Positions 12,459 to 23,100 of a stretch of DNA of 64,000 nucleotides are shown in pieces; the first letter of the stretch is position 1; every line of letters starts with the position of its first letter. The DNA is taken from contig JBHGNT010000021.1 of assembly GCA_043228905.1 (NCBI GenBank), forward strand, positions 3,968,001-4,032,000, in the 5' to 3' direction. This DNA comes from Azolla caroliniana. Its lineage: Eukaryota; Plantae; Polypodiophyta. The position numbers and the translations under genes are program-made. Under the pieces are notes generated by a model. It was given only the letters and a program-made list of their open reading frames with translations. It was not told the origin of the DNA and searched no databases.

Positions 12459-12773
12459 TGGTAACCTTTACAAGTGGAAGATATTGCATTACCTTTGCAC
12501 TGGGTCACCCACATAACATATTAGTTGATCCACAACCCTGTCATCTGAAAGATCCTCTTGGTCTCTCCACTCATTACTCCAACCACAAATGCTAGATCAG
12601 GTAGCAATGTATTGCACACAAACACAGCATGCTTTCCACCAGGAAAATCAATAATCTCACCTGCGTCATTGAGAAACATTTACCTTTGACAACATTGAAT
12701 TGTCTACGTTTTCATCAAGGGCTCCATTTTCAGCATCATTGTATAGAACTCATGAATGCTTCTAGTCTTTGTG

Positions 12774-15326
12774 TTAAACATATGCTATGGTCTCCACATC
12801 TGCATACAGATGACACATTAATACATAAGCCACAGCATTCTCTTGATCCAAATGTGTCGCATGCTGAAAGGCTCTCTGTCCGAATTCAATATTTCCCCAG
12901 TTTCTGCAAGAATCTAGCAGTGTGTGCCACATTGTCAGATTAGGACAGAAAGGCATCTTCTTTATCATTGCTACTGCCTTGTCTAATTGACCTAACCGTA
13001 AAAGGAGGCCCACACAGCATACATAGTGCTCCACAGTGGGCGCAATACCATAGTCTTTGCTCATTGCTTCCAAGTATTTGTGACTTTCATTCAACAAGCC
13101 TGAAGACCTACACGTACTTAAAAGGATAAGAAATGTAACCATATCTGGCTTTATCCCTTCTCCCAGCATTCGGTCAAAGGTATGAAAAACATTTCCAGTT
13201 TGTCCAATTTGAGCATATCCTGCCATTAGGGAATTCCATGAGACTCTATCTCGACTAAGAAGCTTTTCGAACACTTGTTCTGCTTTTCTTAGCAAACCAC
13301 ATTTTGCATACATATCCACAAGTGTACTGCCAACAAACAGGTCCGTTTCAAGCAATCCCTGTCTTTCAATTTCTGCATGTATTTCTCGGCCTTTTTCTGC
13401 AGCACCTATGCCGGTGCAACTTTTGAGTACACAGACAAGAGTAACAACATCCGGAGAAACTCCATCTTGCTGCATCTGTTCAAAACATTCCATAGCTTCC
13501 TCACCTTGTCCGTGTTCAGCATATCCTGTAATTAATGCATTCCAAGACACAATGTCTCGAGTTGGAAGCTTGTCAAATACCTGTTGAGCTTGCACAAGCA
13601 AGCCACATTTAGCATACATATCAACCAAAACGTTAGCAATAACTGGGTTTCCCTGTAGCAACCCACGTCCCTCTATTTCAGCATGAATTTTTTCACCTCT
13701 ATCTTTGGCTCCTGTGCTTCCACAAGCCTTTAAGAAGTGGATGTATGTGAAAGAATCTGGGTCAATGTCTTCAACTTTCATCTGTTCAAAACATTCTATT
13801 GCTTTCTCCCCATGTCCATTGTCAACATACCCACCAATTATTGCAGTCCACGATACTACATTTCTGACCGGAATTCTCATAAATACGTAGTAAGCTTCTG
13901 CAAGTAACCCACATTTCCCATACATGTCAACTAAGGTGTTACTGACAAGGCCTCTGTCCAGTAGCCCTTGTCTTTCAATCTCAGCATGTATTTCTTGACC
14001 CACACCAATAGCACCTACATTACCACAAGATTTTAATATACAGACAAATGTCACGGGATCTGGTTGAACACCCTCGATTTTCATCTGCATATAATACTTC
14101 ACTGTTTCTTCACCATGTTCGGATTCAGCATATCCTGCAATTAATGCATTCCACGCGACAGAATTTCGAACTAGAAGGGTGTCAAAGACATCATTTGCCT
14201 TTCCAAGAAAGCCAGATGTTGCATAAATATGAATCAAGGTACTGCCAAGAAATAAGTCTGTCTCTAAACTTTTTTGCTTTTCAACTTCAGCACATATTTC
14301 TTGTGCCTTGTCTATTGAAGCTATGGTGCTACACGCTTTCAATGTAGAGATGAAGGTTGCAGAATTGGGAGAAACACCCTCAAGTTTCATCTGTTCAAAG
14401 CATTTGATTGCTTTATCATGTTCGCCACATGTAGAATATCCTGAAATCAATGTATTCCATGACTCCAAATGTCGGTTCTGAAGATCATCAAATACTTGTT
14501 GCGCTCTTGCAATCAAACCACACTTAGCATACATCTCAATCAGTGCATTACCAAAATCAAAGTTCCTGTTATTCAATCCCAGTCTTTCAATCTCAGCATG
14601 AATTTGTTTACCCCTACCAATGGCACCCATTTTACCACAAATTCTCAAGGCACAAACGTATGTGACCCCATCTGGAGAAATTCCTTCCTTTTGCATTTGT
14701 CCAAAGGATTTAAGAGCTTCTTCATCAAGCCCGTAGTCAGAATATCCCATGATAAGTGTGGTCCATGTGACAACATTTCTGAGATAAAGTCTATCGAATG
14801 CTGCTTGTGCTTTTGCAAGGGACCCACATTTGACATACATATTCACCAAGGAACTTCCAGCAAAAGCTCCTCCTTCAAGCAATCCCATTATAACCATCCT
14901 TGCATGTATTTCTTGGCCTTTTTCCATGGATCCTATGCTGCTACAAGCTTGTAAACAACACACAAATGTCATAGGATCTGAGCAAACACCTTCACTTTGC
15001 ATCAGCTGGAAACATTTGAGTGCTTCCTCACCACAACCATGTTGTGCATACCCTTGAATCAATGAGGTCCATGCAATGATATCCCGCACAGGTAGCCTAT
15101 CAAAATGATATTGTGCTTTGTCGAGAAGCCCAAACTTACCACACATACCCACCAAGCAAGTACCAACCAAAAGGTCTGTTTCAAGAGACCCAATCCTCAT
15201 GGCATGTATGGCCAGAAATTGCTTCAAATCGTTCAGCTTCTTGCAGGCCTTGAGCAAGGCAACAAAGCAATGCCTGCTAGGGTGAAGGGAGGAGCTATTC
15301 TTCTTTTGCATTATTTTTTTTTTCAA
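12774..15326 (-). CDS. PLS-class PPR protein (~850 aa, intronless) with truncated E domain, no DYW; true start uncertain
   Basis: Long PLS array (RDIIAWTSLIQGYA, RNVVTWTTLIMGY, GSTLVDMYAKCG); ends WHTLLDSCRNWGN...AYVLMCHLYA. Listed start is TTG; first in-frame ATG is at 15311. Confidence 0.93.
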   Translation of the reverse strand: MKKKIMQKKNSSSLHPSRHCFVALLKACKKLNDLKQFLAIHAMRIGSLETDLLVGTCLVGMCGKFGLLDKAQYHFDRLPVRDIIAWTSLIQGYAQHGCGEEALKCFQLMQSEGVCSDPMTFVCCLQACSSIGSMEKGQEIHARMVIMGLLEGGAFAGSSLVNMYVKCGSLAKAQAAFDRLYLRNVVTWTTLIMGYSDYGLDEEALKSFGQMQKEGISPDGVTYVCALRICGKMGAIGRGKQIHAEIERLGLNNRNFDFGNALIEMYAKCGLIARAQQVFDDLQNRHLESWNTLISGYSTCGEHDKAIKCFEQMKLEGVSPNSATFISTLKACSTIASIDKAQEICAEVEKQKSLETDLFLGSTLIHIYATSGFLGKANDVFDTLLVRNSVAWNALIAGYAESEHGEETVKYYMQMKIEGVQPDPVTFVCILKSCGNVGAIGVGQEIHAEIERQGLLDRGLVSNTLVDMYGKCGLLAEAYYVFMRIPVRNVVSWTAIIGGYVDNGHGEKAIECFEQMKVEDIDPDSFTYIHFLKACGSTGAKDRGEKIHAEIEGRGLLQGNPVIANVLVDMYAKCGLLVQAQQVFDKLPTRDIVSWNALITGYAEHGQGEEAMECFEQMQQDGVSPDVVTLVCVLKSCTGIGAAEKGREIHAEIERQGLLETDLFVGSTLVDMYAKCGLLRKAEQVFEKLLSRDRVSWNSLMAGYAQIGQTGNVFHTFDRMLGEGIKPDMVTFLILLSTCRSSGLLNESHKYLEAMSKDYGIAPTVEHYVCCVGLLLRLGQLDKAVAMIKKMPFCPNLTMWHTLLDSCRNWGNIEFGQRAFQHATHLDQENAVAYVLMCHLYADVETIAYV

Positions 15327-16520
15327 AAGAGATGGAGAGAAGCCCGGGGCATATCACATTTGGCATGATGCATGATCATGAGGGGAGGGGGGGGGGGGGG
15401 GGGGGCAGGGGTTCCAGCAACTGCACCTGCACCTGCACCTGGTAGACGAGTGGTGCAAGCAAGCAAGAGCCAGAATCCATCCTGCGAGGAAATGGAAACC
15501 CTCTGGGAAATGGCAGAATACCCTGCCTGCTCTCCTGCGCCATTCCTCCATCCTATGCAGGAACAGGGGGGGCCGATAACATGGCTTCATCTACTTCATT
15601 TCATCTTCTTCACAAATCAAATTATGTATGTATGTATGTATTGTTGGTTGGAACAGAGCACTAAGAAGCACTATAATAATTCCTCTAAGTATGGTATGGT
15701 TCCAACTTCCTGGTAGTGGTATGTATGTATATACAATAAGCTCCTGGGCCAACCCAATTTTACCAATAGCTATCAATCAATACCTAATATTACTTTGTAA
15801 TCGAAGTTTACAAGCTATTGTGCCATGTCTTTTATATAGAGAGATTATCTCGCGAGTTTCTATATGGTCGTGGCTTCTGCTCATGGCTATTTGAATTAAG
15901 TTAGTATGACATGTTGAACCCTATCCCTACCCATGACGTATCTACATACACTGCGAATGTGTAAATAATAAGTACATCCTTGGATTAAATAGACGACCTA
16001 TAGCATGCACAACTTGTGAATGTGATGAATTCATGTCATTCATGTTGTGCAATTTTAGTTCAAGGAATTTTGAAGATAAGGTCGGATCATTCATGGGTGG
16101 AAGTGGGATGTAATGGCTACACAATTGTCCTACACAAATTACTTAAATGTGACATATCCACAAATTACTCCTTTTGGTTAGGAATTTTACCTAATAAAGT
16201 TTCTAAAAATGTTTTGAGTATAAGATAAGATTATTGATTTTGATTGGTAATATCACCTTATAGATTTTCTAAAATTGTTTTGATTATAAGGTAAAATTAC
16301 TCCTTTTGATTGACAATCTTACCTTATAGGAATACACATGACCCTTGTTTGCATTCCTAAATATGGGTGGTGCGTCATCATAAAAGAGGAAAATGTATTG
16401 GTACTATTGGTACTATTATCTATACACTGATGTGTTAGTACCAAATATGTGTTCACATTCTCTCATCACACATTGATGTATATGTCATTGTATGATGTAT
16501 CTATTTGCTTATGTCTTTTG

Positions 16521-16893
16521 TAAGATCGCCCAAAAAGTAGATAAGATTGACCTCCCAAACATAGACTTACAAAGCATGTACCAATGCTAGAAATCAAGGG
16601 TCATCACATTTTAGTTAAGGCATGTGAATTGACAAGTGACAAGGATCTCCTCAACATCATTTCTTCATGAAAAGGTCAGGCAGTGATGGGTTGATGCAAT
16701 ATATGCATTTGCACTTTATTATCACACTTCATAAGATCGCCCAAAGAGTATATGAGATTGACCTCCCTAAAATAGCCCTATATAACAAGTATCATGCCGA
16801 AAATCAAATAGGGGGGCACACTCCAATCAAGGGTCATCACATTTAAGTTGAGGCATGTAAACTAACAAGTAACAAAGGTATGCTCACCATCAC
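16521..16893. repeat. Diverged direct duplication, two ~140-160-bp copies
   Basis: 'taagatcgcccaaa..agta..agattgacctccc...atcaagggtcatcacattt' at ~16521 and ~16732. Confidence 0.7.
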
Positions 16894-17309
16894 TTTATCA
16901 CAATAGTATCGACCTTGGTGACCTTACACGCAGATAAAGAAAGTGTAAAATTTGAAACGAAATATTCATGCTCACATTTGTTATGCTATCAAGAGAGAAA
17001 CTAACATGCCATATGCACTAAATTAGTTCACATACAAGAAAAGCCACAACAAACTAAAATTGTGAAATTTAAGGTATTTAGGAGATAATGTGTTAGAGAC
17101 ATAATTTTAGGAAAATGAGGAATTGACTTCATTGGGTCACTCTCTTTCATTCTTCCATTTATGGAAGAATAAAGAGACTATGAATATACTCTAACAAATA
17201 AAACTATTGCATTACAACAAGGAGATGCAACCATGTAGTTCTGGGCAAAAGGAATATGTTGATCAATTTTTCGAAGTTCATATCTAAATGAAGGGAAGAA
17301 AGGACCCGT

Positions 17310-18026
17310 TGTCGTGAAGAAAACCGCCCACAAGAGGAATCGGAGGAACAAGGCGTGGGAAACGACTCTACACACACACGCGCGCCAAGAAGTACCTAAG
17401 GACGAAGTAGGTACATACGAGGATCCTAGGTGGGTAGATTCGGTTGGTAAGCAGTTAATGCCAAACGGCCTCTTGACGGGCTATAAAAGGAAGAGGAAGA
17501 ATAGAAGTGGGGATCTCCCGCGGAGAGGACGAGGTGCTGCCGAACCGATTTCGGAGCTCTCTCTCACTCCCGCTCTCTCTGTCTTCTGCTCCATCGCGTA
17601 CCTGTGCAGGTTTCGAGGAGGCTTGCGCTGTTCCGTGGAACGCCCCGAGTGCGTCCTGCAGCACCTCCGACCTGTTTCCCCCCTTCTGTGCGTCGCGACA
17701 TACAGGGGTCGGCATCTGTTCGCCGCCCTGTTCGTTTTCGTTAGTATCTATTTCGTGCCCCACTGTGGGTTGTAATACTTTAGTCTGTTATTTCCTTGCA
17801 TTCATAAGTACATATCTTTCGTTGTTGCGTCCATCTGCGTCGGCGTTTATTTGTGATCTCTGTTTGTTGGGCCGTGTCCCTGTGTAATCGTCGGTTCTGC
17901 GCAATCGGAACTTCGGTTCTGTGTAATCGGGGTCTCTCTCTCTTACCTCTCTCTCTCTTGCTCTTCGGTTCAAGACCCCCGTGGTCCCTCCTCCTTTCTA
18001 CACGCAAGGGCGTAGCAACCCCGACA
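17310..18026 (+). repeat. 5' LTR of the gypsy element
   Basis: Matches 23757-24473 with one difference seen by eye (C17626 vs T24073); TATA-like ctataaaa at 17481. Confidence 0.97.
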
Positions 18027-18029
18027 TCT

Positions 18030-18046
18030 TGGTGAACCCGACGTGA
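18030..18046 (+). promoter_or_regulatory. Primer-binding site complementary to the 3' end of tRNA-Trp
   Basis: TGGTGAACCCGACGTGA, 3 nt after the LTR, is the reverse complement of the plant cytosolic tRNA-Trp 3' end (...TCACGTCGGGTTCACCA) as I recall it. Confidence 0.88.
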
Positions 18047-18069
18047 AAGAGGCGGCAGAAGAGCAGGAA

Positions 18070-20196
18070 ATGAAGGGGGCGGATCTTGCAGAGGCCATGG
18101 CTTCGGCCGTGGATCGGATAGTAAGCGCGCGCGAGGGCACCGGCGCCCTCGATAGAGCTATTGAGGCGGTCGTCGGAACGATCGGTCGATTCACCGGAAA
18201 AGATGCCACGAAGTACCTGGCGTCCTACGGTGCGGAAATGTTAATGCGGGACATTCCGGAAGACAGGCGCCTTGCCGGTTTTCCCCGAGTGGCGATGCCG
18301 AGCATCCACGCGGAGGTGCTCGAGGTGCGGGCGGAGAGCCGTACCTGGGAGGAGTTCGAAGGTCGGCTCCTGGAAAAATACGGACTGGACGACGCGCTCC
18401 GGCTTTCGAAGCGAAGCTTCCTGGAGTGGGTGGAGTCTCCCGGGAAAGTAAGGAATGCGTCGGCACTCCTCCGGGAGTTCGAGGAGAACTTCGCGCGCCT
18501 TTCGGCGCTTGACAGGATGGTCCTGGATACAAGCCGGGTCCTGCTGTTCGTCAAATCGGTTGACGAGAGGGATCGGAGTCACGTGGGCGCCCTGCTAGAA
18601 ACCGAAGACGGGCTGACAGCCGACTGGGCGGCGGTCAAGAGAGCCTGCGGCCGTTTCGACAAACGGCGAGAATGGGAGGATGACAGAGCAACCGGGTCGG
18701 GCTCAGTCGCGGCGAGGAAACTCGAGCCGGCGCAGCCGGTGCGAAGGGAAGAGACTCGGGAGTGGCTGGAATCCGGTTCATCTCCGACCGGCGGGATCAG
18801 AGGCTCGACTGGAGGAGCTGCGTTGGAGGAACTGACGAGGGCGATAAAAGACCTCCAAATCGCACAAGCCCGCAGAGAAGGCGGAGGACCTGCTCGTGAC
18901 CGACGGCCGGCGGCAGGGAACAGGTGCATGTGGTGCGACGGGGTCGGCCACATCCGAAAAGACTGCGGCGATTTCGCAGAGGCGCTGAGGAACCGGGTGG
19001 TGTACCTATGGGAAGGCCGGGTTCACGCCAACGACACGAGAAGGGCCCTAAACCGAAACGACGGGCGAGGCGGAATGAAGAGGTTGATGGAAGAGGCGGC
19101 GGCCCGACATGCGGAAACCGTCCACTACTCGGCGTCGGCCGGTATTCGAGTCGGGGGCGGCGAGGCCCGAAAGGAAAGCAAAGCCGGATTCTGGCCGACG
19201 ATGCTGGAAGGCCTTGCCGGTGCAGGACTTAAAAGGGAGGAATCGGACCGTGCGGAGAAACGGGTACGGGAGATGACCGGGTGGAGCGACCCGGTCGAGG
19301 AAAAGACGGGCTTCGTGGAAGCCGCTTGCCGGAACTACGAGGCTCTGGTAGAAGAGAAGCGGATGGGAAAACCCGGGACGACCGGGCCCTCACAACGATA
19401 CGAGACCCGGTCCGGGCCACGACGGGACGAAGCCGGCGGGGCCGGTACGCAGGATAAACCCCAGAAGGGCGGGTACCGTCTGGGGACGGAGATAGAAAGA
19501 ACCACGGACTTACGAAAGGTCCTGGAGGAACGGGTCCTCGACAGCAAGGTGGAGCTGTCGCTACGGGAGGTGCTTGGAATCGCCAAGAAGGAGTTCCACG
19601 ACTCCATCGTGGACTTGGTGAAACGGAAGAGGCTGTCAACGGAGACAGAACCGGAAAGACCGGTGGAAGTACGGACGACGCACCTAGACGACATGGCGCT
19701 GGGAGACGAGTGGGCGGAAAGCCACTATTCGAGACCGCACTGGGCCCGAGCGACCACGGAAACCCCGGTGAAGATCGGCGATGTCCAGGAACCGGTGATA
19801 GCTTTGGTGGACCACGGATCGGAGATCAATTTGATGTCCATGGACTTCTATAAGAAGGGCAAATGGCCGATCAACACCAAGCACGGGTGGAAAATAAGGG
19901 CAGCAACGCGCGCCACCGAGGAACTGCACGGGGCCTGTCCGAATGTGCGAGTCAAGATCGGCGACGTCGAGATTGACCAGCACTTCTTCGTGCAGGAGAC
20001 GTCTTCGCATTCGGTCATACTGGGAGAGCCGTACATCACGGCGGCGCGGATGGAGACCAAGGTGTTGGACAATGGTTCGGCCTATGCGCGGGTCAAGAGC
20101 CAGGACGGGCGCCATTCGGTCCAGTTTTTGACGGTTAGGCCGAACCACGAGCGTAACCGCGACTCCCTCGGTTCCGATAACCGAGAGGATTTTTAG
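18070..20196 (+). CDS. gag: Gag plus aspartic protease ORF of the gypsy element
   Basis: Zinc knuckle CMWCDGVGHIRKDC; protease motif ALVDHGSEINLM and ILGEPY; first ATG at 18070 (the ORF-track GTG at 18043 overlaps the PBS). Confidence 0.92.
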   Translation: MKGADLAEAMASAVDRIVSAREGTGALDRAIEAVVGTIGRFTGKDATKYLASYGAEMLMRDIPEDRRLAGFPRVAMPSIHAEVLEVRAESRTWEEFEGRLLEKYGLDDALRLSKRSFLEWVESPGKVRNASALLREFEENFARLSALDRMVLDTSRVLLFVKSVDERDRSHVGALLETEDGLTADWAAVKRACGRFDKRREWEDDRATGSGSVAARKLEPAQPVRREETREWLESGSSPTGGIRGSTGGAALEELTRAIKDLQIAQARREGGGPARDRRPAAGNRCMWCDGVGHIRKDCGDFAEALRNRVVYLWEGRVHANDTRRALNRNDGRGGMKRLMEEAAARHAETVHYSASAGIRVGGGEARKESKAGFWPTMLEGLAGAGLKREESDRAEKRVREMTGWSDPVEEKTGFVEAACRNYEALVEEKRMGKPGTTGPSQRYETRSGPRRDEAGGAGTQDKPQKGGYRLGTEIERTTDLRKVLEERVLDSKVELSLREVLGIAKKEFHDSIVDLVKRKRLSTETEPERPVEVRTTHLDDMALGDEWAESHYSRPHWARATTETPVKIGDVQEPVIALVDHGSEINLMSMDFYKKGKWPINTKHGWKIRAATRATEELHGACPNVRVKIGDVEIDQHFFVQETSSHSVILGEPYITAARMETKVLDNGSAYARVKSQDGRHSVQFLTVRPNHERNRDSLGSDNREDF

Positions 20197-23100
20197 AGAG
20201 GGCTGCCAAGGCGTGGGGCCGCGACAGTCCGGACAACCCAGGAAAACCCCACACCTGTACGATAAAACCGAAGAAACCTTGTACCATAGGTAGGGAATTT
20301 TTGTTCTCCGACAGCGGAGCGTGTGCGGTGGTCGGCATCGCCGGCCGAGAGAAAACAAAGACGGAGGCGAGACTTCGAGCGTGCGGAGTTCTCGGCCCGG
20401 ACGAGGAAATCAACGGAGCCGTGGAGGCGGTCTCATTCGACGACACCTTGGGAATGCTGGGAAAGGTAGTCGAAGAAGGCCTTAACGAAGACCGGACGAT
20501 ACCGGTGTGTTCCGAGGAGATGTACGAAGTCATCGCGGACTTCGGTCGAGGGCTCGAGTCAGTTCGGACGGCCCACGTAAACACCAAGTACAAGACTGTA
20601 GACCGGAAGGTAAGGCCAGTAGCGGCACCCTTACCGGAGGACAGCGCGTCGAGAATCAAAGGGGTTGCATCGGACCCTAGTCTACGAGATCCGGCCTGCA
20701 TAGGGCACACCTTCACTGACGAGACGCTCCGAGAGCTCAAAATCGGTAGGGGCGGGTTCCTACTGCCGGCGGAGGAAGACCGGTTTCGGAGAATGCTCGG
20801 AAGGCACGGGAAAGCCTTCGCATTCTCGCCGGAGGAAATCGGGTGCGTTGACCCGACGATCGTGGAGCCGATGGTGATATTCACGGTACCGCATGTACCA
20901 TGGAATCTCAAGCCCATCCCGGTTCCGAGAGCTCACATCCCGAAGTTGATGGAGCTGCTGAGGCAGAAAGTTGATATGGGAATTCTCGAGCCGTCGAGCG
21001 CCCCATATTCGAATCGATGGTTTACCGTACCGAAGAAAAACGGTTCGCTGCGCTTTATCCAGGACCTGCAGCCGGTCAATCGAGTGACCATTCGGAACGC
21101 AGGGATCGGACCGACCATAGACGAGTTCGCGGAGGCCTTCGCCGGAAGGTCAATTTACTCGGTCGGGGATCTATACTCAGGGTACGACCAGTTCCAGCTA
21201 GCCGTGGAGAGCAGAGACATTACGACGATGCGAACTCCCCTCGGCCTAGTTCGGATGTGTACACTGCCGCAAGGAGGGACCAACTCGGTGGCCCACATGG
21301 TGAATGCGATGAACAAGGTTCTGAGGGACTGTATCCCGGACATCACCATGCCGTTTCTGGACGACATCCCGATCAAGGGATGCCCGGTGGAAGAAAAGGA
21401 CGAGACGATCGGGCCGGACGGATGCCGGCGATTCGTGGCGACGCACATCGACGACTGCGAGAAGGTGCTGCAAAGGCTAGAGGATGCGAGACTCACCTTC
21501 TCCGGGGAGAAGTCGGCCTTCGGACAGTCAGAAATCATGGTGGTCGGACACCTGTGCGGACCATATGGCCGGAAACCGTCTCCGGCAAAGGTAGAAGCCA
21601 TCTCCGCGATGAAGCCCGACTGCAGCTCGGTCACGGAAGTACGGAGATTCCTGGGGGCATGCGCGTTCTACCACATGTGGATCCCGCATTACGCACACGT
21701 CGCGGAGCCACTGTACGGGTTGCTGAAAAAGGAGCGAAGGTTCGAATGGCTAGACAAGCACGCGGAATCGGTCCGGAAGCTGAAAGAGGCCCTTGCAGCG
21801 GCACCGGCAATCCGGAAGGCGGTTTACGGGAAGGGTACCCCGGTATTCATAACGGTGGATACCAGTCCGACCGGGATCGGATGGGTCGTGAACCAGGAAG
21901 ACGAGGACGGCAATCGGTTTCCGATCCGATTCGGCGCGAAAGTCCTCAGTGAACGGCAGCGAGGATACGCCCAGGTTAAACGCGAACTCTGGGGTATTGT
22001 TTCGGCGGTTAAGGCCGACAAAGACTACCTGATAGGGACGGAAGTGATCATCGAGACGGATTGCCTGCCGATTCTCGGTATGGTTTCCGGATGTGCGACT
22101 CCGGACCTGGCGATGCTCAGGTGGATAGCGTACATCAAGTCCCTGGACCCGGAAATACGACACATTTCCGGGAAAGACAACGCCATGGCCGACATGCTTT
22201 CGAGGGCGAGGTTCGACGACGAGGGCGGCATGGTTTCGGAAGACGAAGAAGTCGGCGTGGATTTCTTCGAGGCGGCATACATAACGACCGACGGGATGAG
22301 CACTCCGGCGCTTAACGAGTTCGACACGAGCAAGTACGACGGGGAGTGGCTGCAGATCGGCGGGTTTTTGAAGACAATGACGCCCGATGCGTCATGGACG
22401 AAGGACGAGGCCAACCGGATCCGGAAGAAAGCATATCGATTCTTTCTCCGAGATGGGCATTTGTGGAGGCACCCGAAGAAGAGGAACGGCGTCCCGCTCC
22501 GGGTGGTGGCGATGAAGGAAGTACAGGAGGAGCTACTGGCGGCCTACCACGACAGCCCTTGGGCTGGACACCGTGGAACGTGGGCGACGTTTGAGAAGCT
22601 GAAGGGAAAGTACTGGTGGCCGGGATTGTACCGGGACGTGCATCGGTTCGTGTCAACTTGCGAGAGTTGTCAGATGCACTCGATAGTCCGACACCGGGAC
22701 GGGCTTCACCCTACGTACCCTCCGACTATCCACTTCAAATGGATGGTAGATCTGGTGACGATGCCGATGGGGGTAGGACAGATGCGGTATCTGGTCCTAG
22801 CGCGGGAAGACCTGACGAACCAGGTGGAAGGCCGAGCCCTTCAGAACAAGACGACCGCGGCCGTGTGTCGGTTCCTAGTCGAGGACGTGATATGCCGGTC
22901 CGGGTGCGTCGGGAAGATCGTGGCTGACCGAGGGGAGTTGGACGCCGAAGAGGCCGCGGAGCTGTTCGACCGGCTTGGAGTCAAGCTCTCGCTCACCACT
23001 GCGTACAATCCGGAGGCGAATGGAAAGGTGGAGCGCGGACACGGACCGATCGTCAAGGCGTTGATTCGGGCATGCGGAGGCCAAGTCGGTAACTGGCCGC

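Noticed and set aside
17314-17775. 153-aa ORF and other ORFs inside the gypsy LTRs
   Set aside because: No domain features; duplicated only because the LTRs are duplicated; expected by chance in GC-rich DNA.
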